Made by a program: the position numbers and the translations under genes. From NCBI RefSeq assembly GCF_000150275.1, contig NW_002060959.1, positions 866,371-930,370 of the forward strand: a DNA stretch of 64,000 bases, given 5' to 3'. The stretch is from Trichoplax adhaerens (taxonomy: Eukaryota > Animalia > Placozoa). Shown piece after piece: positions 37,843 through 50,450 of the stretch. The first letter of the stretch is position 1. Every line of letters starts with the position of its first letter. Below the pieces are notes generated by a model. That model worked only from the letters and a program-made list of their open reading frames with translations, had not been told where the DNA came from and did no database searches.

Positions 37843-40800
37843 TAAATGGAGGGAGCGAATCGTGGAATAAAATTATTGGAATAAAATGCTAAATCATGTA
37901 ATGATGTCAGTCAACGTAGATGTTTTATTCATTGTATTAATTGGCTCAAACAGGTAATGCAGTGAGCCATCCATTATAAAGAATTCAAGTAAACATTTAT
38001 ACCATTTTTATTAGTTAATATCAGTTTCATGAGATTAAAAGGAACTACTGTATTTGGTTGGCTATTTAAATATTAACTGAAATACTGATGGATGTCATGT
38101 TCTGGCAACATGCTTGGATAGTTTTCTGTGCTTTTTAATGCTCATACATGATTGACGGTTGTAGCACGTTTGGTGTTAGGTTTTTGCAATATAAATATGC
38201 AGTAAATTCATGTAAACCAAATTTTTAGACGTATCTGGTTTTGTTTGATTCAGATGTGCGATTATAAAATTAAATCATCGTTATTGTAGTTTTTGCTGTT
38301 TGAGTAATGCTTGCCTGATTGTAGGTAAAGTAGAGTTAATGATGTTTAGTAAGCATGCACGCGTAGAGATTGCTAGTCAACTAAAGTAGCGTATATAAGG
38401 GCTATTGTCTACGACGTTATCTATGTTGTAACGAACTGTTCTTTACAGTTCAAAATTGCTTTTCTATAGCACAATCATTGACGGATGCAACATAAATAAG
38501 CTATTATAAGCTTAATATATACTATTATTATAGGTAAAACTAATTGGTATGACTTTCTATTGTATTTATAACCTGACCTTTGCTTATTTACTAACTTTTA
38601 ACATTTCACTAATTAATTGTAATGAATAATTTATTGCATGATAATTTTAGGATATAACCTTTGTGCATAATGGAAGAATAATTCACTTAAGATCTATAAC
38701 TCAACATTAGCAGAAATGCCTTAGCAAAAGGATAGCATACACAATTTCGTGAAAACTTGCGTACAATTTTGAAACTGTACCATAACGTGTATGTATATAA
38801 TGCAACTCTTTACGTACTCGTTTGCTAACAGATATGGTGATGCGTGTATCCTACTGGCTATGATAATGTTCTGGATGATCTATACAACCTATAAATCTAA
38901 CTTATTCCACAAGTTTACCTTTAGCTCAAAATTTCACGAAGTCCACTATGTATTGTAGCTCAATTTTAAATTCTTGTAGACTCCCAAGAAGCGTTTATTT
39001 AACGATTATAAAAATAAAGCATTGATTGATTTTCGTTTTCACTTATAAATAAGATTCGGGCGTTGTAAAAGATTACCTTGTTGCCGATATAAAATATTAT
39101 TGTATGTCGCTGTACAAAGTTCAAATGATAGTTTTCCTTTCTCTATTGCGTTAACTATTCTAAGTAATGTTAGGGTAAAATTACGTAGTAAAGCTAGTAC
39201 ACGAAAGAAAGGATAGAAAACTGATTCTAGCACATGGGTATCGAGGTGATGCGATGTATATGCTATTATTAGCTTTATTTTCGAGCGTTTTTTGAAATGA
39301 AAATCACTCCTAGCATAATCTGTCAATGTACGAGTACATCAGATTTGTATGGAATACCTGCACGTACGAGTATACCCAGATATTGCTGTATAAGTTACAA
39401 TCCTGAACAGTGTAGGTTGGATTGACGCGAAGCATTTATTAAAATTAAACATAGATAGTGTATAAAATCGTCAAAGTTTCACAGCGAGCTCTTCTTTTTT
39501 GATAGGGTAGAAAGCATGATAGAAATACAATTAAGCATACTGTCTGAGATGGTCAAAACAGGCTAGCATGCCACCTTATCCCTTGAGAAAAGAATCTAAC
39601 TATAATCAGTTTCGTGAAAGCACGTATAAATAATCCAAATAATGAAATCTACCTATACGACTTAGCATATACTGTATGTACGCCCCTTACGTGTTTCAAA
39701 TAATAAAAAGTTTAATACAACAGAAGGAAGAAATATCCTCTGAAGAAGATACAATCCTAAAATCATAACATTTTGATATCAACAGAGTTGTCAAGTACCA
39801 GCAATGTAATAATACGTCGCGCTAGTTATTAGTAGCTAATTTCACTGATAATAAAGCTATTTCATAATCAAATTACTAAAATTATATCCCGTTTCTCCTT
39901 TAAATATTTCCTATTGGACAGTAAATACTTCAATATTATTCATGGGGACTTCTAACATTGCTTGATTCGAAGGTGATATTGCGTAAATGTATGTAACCAA
40001 TGTCTACTGACTTTTTAAAAGCCTTGTTGCCTTCAAAATTTATTTATAGAATTTATCCACTTTTGCATTACTGCGTATAATCTGGTCTTACTAATTGCAA
40101 TGTAGGTGGAAATAAATCGCCAATGGGTTTTTGGAGGTTATCAAATCACAACCTTTATCACTTTATATTGATTTCGCTGCATTTGTTAAGGAAACTCTTT
40201 TATTGATTACTTCTCTTAAGATTTGTGGTAAAATTGATTTAGAACTAAATTGAGACAGAACTAAGTAAGTAATAACGATATTTTACTAAAATATAGCGCT
40301 GATTATAATTAATAAAAGAATCTCTCGGCAGATAATAACATTATTTGCTCTACAGATGTATACCAACTTCTATACAACTCCTGTCATCGCTCAAGTGCCC
40401 ATTTCTTATATATATAACCTATATATCCTTATCATCTAAGCAAATGGAGTCCAATTAGAATTCCTTGCTTTAAATTAAACCGTCAACAAGAAGATGGGTT
40501 ACTCTATTAGTAGCTAATATTTTTGTTCTAACAAAGATTTATGATCCTCTGAATGATCGCTCTCTCCATGATAATACATACTTGTATATATGCTCTGTTA
40601 AAATGGAAAATCTTAGTTTATCCTTAGAGTAGCTCCTAATCTGGAATCCTAAATAATTCTTTAAAATTTCGTAGATACATGTTAAATTGCTTCCAAATTT
40701 CCAGTTGAAAGCTACATTTAACTTTAAAGTATATCTAATTGGTAAAGCCTCGTTAATTATAACATTAACAATATGGCATCAGCATAAATTGAGCAAATAC

Positions 40801-43800
40801 TAATACACCTTTTGGTGTTAGCCACAGCTAGTGATGCAATATGGAGCATAATTTTCCTCTCTAGGATAAGGCCTAGCCTGAAAGCTTTTGGAATTAATAC
40901 AGTGATTTTAAAAATACAGTCAAGGGTTGAATTTAAACCCTCATCAATATCTACCACAAGATTGCGCAATTTAGCTAATGCTTCATATTTCTTTGACAGG
41001 CTATCAATTCATATATGAATAAAAATTTAAAACGGTCAAAACAATGTAACAGATCACCACGGCAAATGATGTCCCTCTCTGTTGTTATTATAATGAATCT
41101 CTTCGCAAATTCAAAAATTAGCTATCGAAATTTTATTTCTTTTGAAGAATCTCTGCTATAGCTTACGAAATACGACATCACGTAAAGGAGAAATAATCTA
41201 CGCAAACGATAATAGGACTTGCATCCATCAGAAAATAGCTTTACCCCCAATAGAAGCTATTTCTGTTCAAAGGTAAAAGCATCTCGGGTGAATATCTAGA
41301 AAGCTCACTTAGGATAATTACTCTAAAACTAGTCTATCATGTTAGCAAGACCAGGTAGGCACGTTGCCGACTAGGTTGGCTTTCACATTATCTGCATATA
41401 TTCTTACTCGATGCAAAAGAAGTTAAGAAGAAAAGATGGTGAATTAAATTAATAACTTTATTATAACATATTATTATCAGTTGTTCTCGATCAAGAACTA
41501 CTCACTGCAAAAAAAAATGGAACTTTATAAACTTAGACCATGACACTGCTGATATTATTTCTTAAATGAAAACCTTTTCATCGAAAAGATGTCCTTTCTT
41601 TAACTTTTTTCATCTCTAATATTTTAGTAAGATACATGGGAAATGAATTATATTAAGAGTATCGCTGACGTACAATTGCAGTTTTTATTTATATTTATAA
41701 CGCAGTGATTGCGTATAGTAATAATGTAGAAATTAGCGTATCTTAGCATTACTTGCAATATTACATACGTAGAAGCAGGTTGGTAGAGCGTCAAGACAGA
41801 GTCCTTATGCTTTTAAAAATACAATTTGTGCATTGATTTTTTCATATAACCGTGTAAAATTTCTTTTTTTAATACAAATTTTCGTTTAATTCAAGTCTAC
41901 ATTGCTCCTTTCACTTGAACTACATAAAGTACCTTAAGGCGTTGTAATGTTATCCATCAACCTTAGCAACAGAAGAAGTGAAAGCAGATGTTGAAACGTA
42001 ATTATGACCATTAAGCTTAAACTCTATTATCTATTACTTCATAGACTATATTATTACCAAGAATTAAAAATTAACTAAATAAAACCTATAGAAAGAACAA
42101 AAGCCAATAGTTTATGCAATAGAAAGTGTAATTTTCATCCAAGAGGATGAAGGAAGATCGAGAAAATACGGATAAGAGATTATAAGCTATTAACTGTAAT
42201 CAAGAGCGAGCATATCTGTTTAATTAGATTGATTTGGGATTATTACGACAAACTAGAGCAGTAGTGATGATTTATGATATCTAGACAAAGAATGTTGTTA
42301 TGGTAATAATAATTACTTTAATATTAAGCGTCTTTATTTTATTAAAAGCTGTGCTATCTTATTGTCTCAGTTAGATCAAATCAACAGAGAAGAAATTGAT
42401 TTTTGGAAGGCAACTACTTTTTACTTACTAGGAAAAATGTCTAATTCCATTTTATGATGTCCAATTCACAGCATATCTACCTATTCGTATCCACCTGGCG
42501 ACGCCATAATTTGAAGGATCTTTCAATTTTTCTTATTGCTGACTAGCAGCTGGTCGAAGTAGTTCTGTTCCATTTGATTAACTGAAAACGGCTGTGGCGT
42601 AGTGCAGATTTAAATTGAAGCTATAACAACCGAAGCAAAGAACTCCTCCTTAAAAATTGTAACTATGATCGCCATAATTGATATAGTTGAGTACTTCAAT
42701 ATTGGTATTCGTCAGTTCATAGACGTTTACGGATCAAGGCCATCTTGGGGATTGGGGAAGGGTTAATAAGGAACTAAAATAAAAGTAATAACGCCACTCC
42801 AAAATGCAAATAATTTAAGGATTGTATTATTGATCACTATATTATGTCAATGGATGTAAATTTAAACATGATTTCTGATATTAGCCGTCTACATGATCGG
42901 CATTGGTCAATAGTAAAAGCTCAAAGTATTTTTCTCTTATCCGATTATCCTCAACGTATTGTACTATTTCCCGTATATCGAAGGGATAATTATGTTATAT
43001 TATGTGATAGAACTAATAATACATAATCACTGGGGCTATTGACAAGTGCTTTAATGAGCATTAATGGATATCTAAAACTGTAGTTTCGATTTGGATTTAT
43101 GATGAAATCTAACCTGCAATAGCCGTAGCATAGGTTAGAATTTAGTTATTACTTCTTAATTTAAATTAGATATTACTGACAACTGAGGTAAAATGTCCTA
43201 GTAACGTGATGATAGGATCATGTAAATGGAAGCTAAATGTTTAACAAATGCTGGGCTAATTCAATGTACTACATCAACTGCGTCGATTAGGATGGGAAAA
43301 AAATTAAAATCCGATAGGACAAGATTATACATCACTAGGCACTAGCATATGTAGCTGTAATTATCCGATACGAATAAATTAGCGGGATTTTTCCCAATTC
43401 ATGCTAGGTATTTACATTCTATTGGTTCGATTTTGATGGTTAGCCACTTCATTATAGCCATCAATCAGTGGTATTTCTACCACATAGAAAAGGTCTTGAA
43501 AATAGTATCAAAAGCCATGGACTTTACTGGATAACACATTCAAGAATCGATAGATATTCAAGATTTATATTAGAATGACGATATGATACCGGACTAGCAT
43601 TAAGTATACGTCTATAGTTTTTACTAATCACAATGCGATAAATCACTGGTAGAAAAAAATTACTCTCGCTACCATGATTGTATATAAATAAGAACATTTC
43701 ACTTTCAAGGCTTATCCTTAGACATAAGATATGGATTATAGTTCAAGATAGCCCTCACAATTCGTGGTGTGTCTGCCATAATGATGCTAACCATCAATCA

Positions 43801-44352
43801 ATTGCACATCCTTGTTATTTTATTGATATTTTATATTCTTTTTATTTTGATCTTCTACTTAAATTGCAACAATTTGTTCCAATATGTTAATCATGGCTTG
43901 AAGAATTAAATACGGGAGATTTTTTGCTTTCCTTATGGTATCAACTAGTCATAGCAATCATCGACATATACAGTAACATAGGTTTGAATGTATAGCGAAT
44001 AAACAGTTATATCGGGCATAAATTGATAGAAATTTGACGATTGAATAACACAAAGTAAACGAAAAAAAAAGAATGAAAGCGTGAGAGAAAAAACATTTAA
44101 AATTTTTCATCGGTTAAATGATTAGCATGACTAGAAAAAGAAAAGGTAAGCAAAATGATAGCATAATATAATTGCTAACCTTTCTAGTTTGTTTTAGACA
44201 GCTTTAGGATACCATATTTAAAAATTGATATAGTTGATGATAATAATCGTTGTTGTATTAAATTTGTAATTTATAAAATATCCAATATCAAGAAAGGTGA
44301 GAAACGAATAGCTCCTACTTGCTTATGAAACTGGTCATGTAGAATGATTGTA

Positions 44353-44736
44353 TTAGCGGCGACAACAACATGGGCAGCAACACCGCAGCATTCGACGAAA
44401 GCAACCTTCATTAGAATAGTTATCCATACGTGATGAGAAATTAGACTTGGATGAATCCTTTTTTGGAGCAGTGGCTTCTAAATCGACGATGCTTAAGTAA
44501 TCACGTTTTTCTAAGTTATATTTATTACGTATTTTATCGCGAATTTTTTCACGTTTTTTCTCTCTATCCACATAGCGTGCCATTCGTTCTTCTTCTTGTT
44601 GCTTCAAAAATTCTTCGTGCTCCATGGCGTTTTCACTATTATCACTGCCACCACCGCCAGAATTGTTACTAGAAGCACTTTTAGTTAATGCACTAGTTTT
44701 ATTGGAAATCATTTGTTTAGCCAAGAAAGTAGCCAT
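44353..44736 (-). CDS. CPLX: Complexin (synaphin), 127 aa, single coding exon, C-terminal cysteine string
   Basis: N-terminal MATFLAKQMISN matches the complexin MxFxxKQ motif. The accessory/central helix QQEEERMARYVDREKKREKIRDKIRNKYNL matches the conserved RExxRxxIRxKY SNARE-binding helix. The protein ends CFRRMLRCCCPCCCRR*. Confidence 0.9.
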   Translation of the reverse strand: MATFLAKQMISNKTSALTKSASSNNSGGGGSDNSENAMEHEEFLKQQEEERMARYVDREKKREKIRDKIRNKYNLEKRDYLSIVDLEATAPKKDSSKSNFSSRMDNYSNEGCFRRMLRCCCPCCCRR

Positions 44737-47700
44737 ATTTTAGTAGTTGTAGTAAGAATTTGTTGTTGTCAATTAATCTACAAGAATACGTTTCGTATCT
44801 TTACAGTATATACTTAAAAGAAAAATGAAATAGAGTAATTCAATTGGATCAAGTAGATATAAAACGAGAGCATAAAGTTGTATCTAAATACCCCAAAAAA
44901 TGTTGATTGTCAATCTTTCTTAGTTGATTATATCGAAGTTTTCACGTAATATGTAGTTTAATGATAGGTATAGACAGCAATTCGATGGATGGATAGAATT
45001 AAAATTATCAACAGCAATAGTACAGTGTAATAGAATGAAAAGCCAAAATGGTGCGTGAGAATAAGTCAATTGGAAATAGGTGGATGGAAAGTAGAGTGAA
45101 AAAATCGACGTCAAAACGTTGTAAAAGTCAATAGACGACAGTAATATCGGTTGTAAATAGTTTAGGATTTTTATAGAAGACACCAGGTGTACAAGTAATT
45201 GATTTTGATGTCATCGAAAGTGGAAATACCTGCTATATATCTACGCGTTTATACGAATCTATCGATACAGTCGACTGTAATGAATAATAGAAAAAGAAAG
45301 AATGCAAGCAAGATATAGGCCTTGTTCTCGTCGTAGAGAATAAGAATAATAAATTGATAGAAATGATAGATTATCTACAGAATAGAATATAGGCCACTAT
45401 TGACAAAAAATATATTTTTTTAATAGAGTATCAAGTAGTTGGAAAAGAACTAGAATATTAATTTAATATATTTAAAGTATAGTATTATCCTATAAGTTTA
45501 CAATAGATAGAGTAGAAATAAAATGAAGTTGACAATAGGCAAGAATATTTAATTTTCAAATAGTAATGTTAAAATAGCCTAGTTTGCCATTTTTTTCTCT
45601 TCTCTCTCCAATCTCAATAGAAATTTATAGCATCGACCGTTGCTATATTTAGCATATAGGTATCTCCTTCCCCATCCGCACAAATACGAATCTATATCAA
45701 TATCAAAGGATCAGCCGCGACAACAACTTTATTCACTTTCCTTTACTCTCTGTATTATCTCATCAACTGTATTCAATGCTATCAAGGAAATAAATAAAAA
45801 AAGAGAAGGATTTAGAAGTTGACAAAAAAAATTGGACTGCAAAAATAAAAAAAAAATGATTCAGTTTAAAAATAGAAATTTGTATAGCATCCTTTCAATT
45901 CAATGTATTTATAATCGAATCAAAACGAGAGAAAAGTAAAATAAAGACGCTATAGACTTATTTATTGTACCTTTTTACTAGTGGACAGTCTATCCAATTA
46001 AGCATTACGACTTGTATCGTTGAAGAAAAATAACGTTGAGAAACAAAGACTGTCATATCGCTATATAAGGTAGTTAGAAAGCAAATTGACCACAGTGTCA
46101 AATTGTTCACATTTTATCAAATACGATTGATAATTTTATCATCTTGGTCGTCAGATATTGATCCGCTTGAATGGCATCGACGTGAAGAGTGATCAAAACT
46201 AAACTAACCTGATGAATTCATCAGTATAATTAAAATGGGTAACCAACATGGCGATTATGCATCTGAGGCTTCAAATGATTGATATTGAATTAGACATTAT
46301 CGATTGTGGATTACTATGCCGCTGTAATATTATTTTATATTTCTTCCTGTTATGGTCGTAGCCAAACTGGATTTAATAGTGGGGCTGATCGCTATTGATA
46401 GTGATTAGATGGGTGTGTAAATTTGGAGGGTAAAATAGTACTTGTAGGCGTCGATGCCTGTTTGCCCTACAGTATGTACGGAAAATGTGGCTGTGGATAA
46501 AAAGCAAGAGGAATCGTAGTCGAAACAGATCATTTGATAGGGAAGAAAAGAATTTGGGAGAGAAAACAAAAAAAAATGCAGCATTGGTAGAATAGAAAAG
46601 AGAAAAGAATTAGAGTAATGCTTTTACTTCAAGCGGAAACGCGTATTACTTGATAATTGTTCTAGCAAGAATAGGCAAATTTGATTGATTGACAAGATTA
46701 GTTAAAGATAGAAAAGTCAAGACTTAACAGAGATTCATTGACATGATATAATGAATTTAAAATCAAGTTAGAAATGCTCAGTCCATCGACCGTTATCATA
46801 CATCAATCCTAGCTAACATGGCGGATAGCGCATAGAACTAATATTTGTCAATTTTTTTTTTCAAAATTATCCACACATGGATTCTAACTATCAAACGAAT
46901 TCCATTATTAAAAGAAAGAGACAATTTATAATATGCTCGATGGCGAACGTTAAATTATGCTAAAACAACATCGACTAGGATCAACTCTTACCAATTTCTT
47001 TACGTTGTTGCTTGTAAATTATCCAGCAATTAATTAGTCTTTGAAACGGATTGAACTTTTCTTGCCAATCTGATTAATTCAATATTGGAGAGTTGACGAG
47101 ATAGTCTACCACGTATTAGTGTTAAACATGACTAGATTAATCGATAAAAAACAAGAATAATTCACGTCAAGGCCATGGCAAACAATCGTTGGCCTTTTAG
47201 ACAAAGATATGGCGGCTACGCTGTTGCGTCGATGTCTCTTATTGGATAATTGCAATAATAATAATATAATCGCGCCATTGAATTCTAGCTATTAAGGCGA
47301 AACAAAGCTACATAGTGTTAATTTACTTGAATTAATGATTACCTAAGATGGCGACAAGATCAAGTCTGCTAAAATAGGAATCGATCGTCGATGTTAATCG
47401 ACCTAAGGTCTGTTCTTTATTAGAATAATTCTTATTGATTTGTGTCAAGCCGAGAAGGAGATTGTCCGTTCAAATCATGTTAAAACTTGACCGTGAAAGG
47501 GATAAAATCAGAAGAGTTGCTTTCCACTTCGAATGGAGACTAATTATTGACATTAAATTGACGTGCTTAAGATGATGCATGAATAGAGAACAACAGCCAG
47601 TTGATCAAATAATGATCTTGAAGAACAACATCATGTGATTTCATATCTAAAAGGAACATGGGAATACCACCATAAAAGAATGCCATTCTTTTACTATGAT

Positions 47701-49269
47701 TTCTATTTTGTTCCTGTATGTTATAAGCCATTTATTGATGAGTTCTATAATTGAGTTTCTATTTTTTGGTTGTTAATTGGCCTAATTCGGTGCGTGATGG
47801 ATATTATAAAATTGGAAACACTAACTTTCAGCATACATGCGCTCAGAAATGATGCTTTGGATAGAGTTGAAATAGGTTTGCTAACTAACATACATCAATA
47901 GAGAGGACATGAATATGTTTTACCAGGCTATGAAAGCATTGATTATGGTATAGAATGCCTATGCAGTGGTATTTTATTTAGGCACGAAGAACTTACTTTT
48001 AGTCTATCTTGAATTCATGGATCTCGATCAATTAGCCATATAAACCAGATCAAACATTGATCAACCAGAATAGTTAATCGTACGTGATATAGACTCATGC
48101 AATATTTTTCATCGATAAGCTCTGTTTCTGTTTCATCGCTGATTGATATACAGCACATTAACGGCTAACGATCGCCGTTTTTAACATGCAGTAAATGGCT
48201 ATTTGAAAGTGTGATGCGATATAATGTGTAGCCATTAAACCATAGTCTAGGTCAGCGAATTAAAATGGTCAGACTAGTTACAGTAGCTCCATGGTTAAGT
48301 ATATTTTTAGTAGTGTTTACTTCGCTAAATTTATCCAACGTATAATTTTCATTATAATGATACAATATCATTCACCATGTGTTTGGTTCTTGCTTCATCA
48401 TCACTCACTCATTTTAACTATTCAATAGCACATCGTCGTAAATAAATATATACAGAAGACCCGTAAAATAATTGTTGTAATGCTTTGCAAACACAGCCGT
48501 AGCCACGCATAATTACGGTTAATGATTTACACTTTAGATATTGTGGCAGACTCTCTATAGACGCATTTTAAAAACAACTTATTGCTAGGAGTGAAACTAT
48601 CATGCCTAAAAATATCAAGATAATTAGCGTAGAAAGGAAGAAATGACCGGATTGCTTATAGGCTATTCGATATCCATATTTACTAGTCGTTGCCAGTAAA
48701 AATAATCTCTACGAAGCGATATGCCACATACTGTTTGAAACAGGCCTACAGCAGTAGTATTCGCAAACCAGAATAAATGACATCGACTACTTTACAGTGT
48801 CTTTATAATTCTTCATAAACGACGACCGATACGGATTAAAAGCTTTAATAGGAACTATCCACTGTATTCCTTTTAATCTTTTTGCCATTTGCATGATAGT
48901 AACCAATAGCCTATTAATAAGGTACTGTCGATTTGCTTTCAAGCCGTTCAAAATTGTTCCTCGCAAATGTTTAGTTTGTGGAGTGCAATACTTTTAGCGA
49001 ATACGAATTAATATATGCATATTTGCTAAAGAGCAAGAATACCCTACTGATACTAATATTGTATATTGCTAAATCGTTCGAACCTGTTTAATGTATCTTT
49101 CACAGGCTAAAAATTATTAGCGATGTGGATGGATTGGAGTGCTTTGACTATTGTTCATAAATGACTGTATATGCCGATTAAACGCATTAACAGGCGCTAT
49201 ATGAGTATACTGTATTTCTTTCAATATCTTTATGATAGTTGGTGACAGCAACCAATCGCTTAAAATACA

Positions 49270-50450
49270 TTCCATTTGCCTTAGGAAAATAAAATAATTT
49301 GTTTGATAGAAATCTGTTAGATAGAAAAGTGCAGTACTTGCGGTAAATATTGCTCATTTACTATACCTATACCTATTTATGAGCTAGTAAGAATACCCTA
49401 CCTTTACTAATTGTCAACTGCAAAGCTATTCCAACTTGTTACCGATGATATTAGCAAGGCAAATATTAACGACATTGATTGCATTAGAGTGCCTTGATTA
49501 TTCTTAGTAAACGACTGTCTATACAAATTAAAAGCATTAATGGTAGCTACAGTAGAGACTGCATAGTATATCGGCAAGATGAGTTCGCCTTCGGAAATAA
49601 AAATCTGTTTAGCAGAAATTTTTGAATGGAAAAGTGCAATACTTGTAGCAATTACTAATTAATAGTATACGTATAGAAGAGCTAGTAAAAATACCGGGCG
49701 TTAGTAATTGTATCTTAAGCATAAGATAGGTTTGCCTTGGGAAATCAAAGTTTATTGAATGGACTGTATGGCATCCCGTTCGGTTCGCCTTGGGGAAATA
49801 AAAGTTCGTTTCGCAGCAATATTGAAATCAATAAGTCCTTGGATAAGGCTTGTCACAATGACTGATTAAAGTATGTACATAGAGTCGTTAGTAAAAAAAT
49901 CTAACGAAGGTCATTCTCTCTATATATGGTACTAAGCATAAGATAGGTTCAATTTCGGAAAATAAAAGCCCCTTTCATAGAAATGTTGAGATCGAGAAGT
50001 GTAATACTTGTGGTATTATTACGAATTGAAATATGCATGTAGAGTAGTATATGAAAATGCCAATCGCAAGTAATATTCCATTTAGCATAAGATACGTTCA
50101 CGTTAGGAAAAATAAAAATGTATTTTACTGAAATATTTCGATCGAAAAGTGCAATATTTGTGATCAATACTGATTAATGTATGCTTATTAAGTAGTTAGT
50201 AAAAATACCCAACGCTGACAACTTAACTAATTATTATTCTAACTTGCCTAGTGTGATATTCTGTAGCTAAAATGAATGATATTGATTGCATTAGAGTGCA
50301 CTTATTATTATTAATTGTTGTAAATGACTAAGCATACAAATTAAAAGCAATAATAGAAGCTGAGTACTCGTATAGCATTCCTTTCAACATCTTTCTAATT
50401 TTAGGATAATAGCAGCCAATAGAATAAGATAGGTTTGCCTTAAGGGAATG
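49270..50450 (+). repeat. Degenerate ~150-bp repeat array, about 7 copies, with a longer duplicated subunit
   Basis: Recurring block (gcata)agataggtt(t/c)gcctt.ggaaataaaa...gaaaagtgcaatacttgt...tagtaaaaatacc near 49276, 49577, 49718, 49782, 49934, 50084 and 50425. attgattgcattagagtgc occurs near 49474 and at 50281. Confidence 0.75.

Noticed and set aside
39900-41150. Possible decayed pseudogene on the minus strand (includes ORF 40757-40969)
   Set aside because: The translation looks vaguely protein-like, but stop density is close to what AT-rich random DNA gives and no family is recognisable. BLASTX would be needed to revive it.
44451-44672. 73-aa plus-strand ORF
   Set aside because: Antisense shadow of the complexin CDS.
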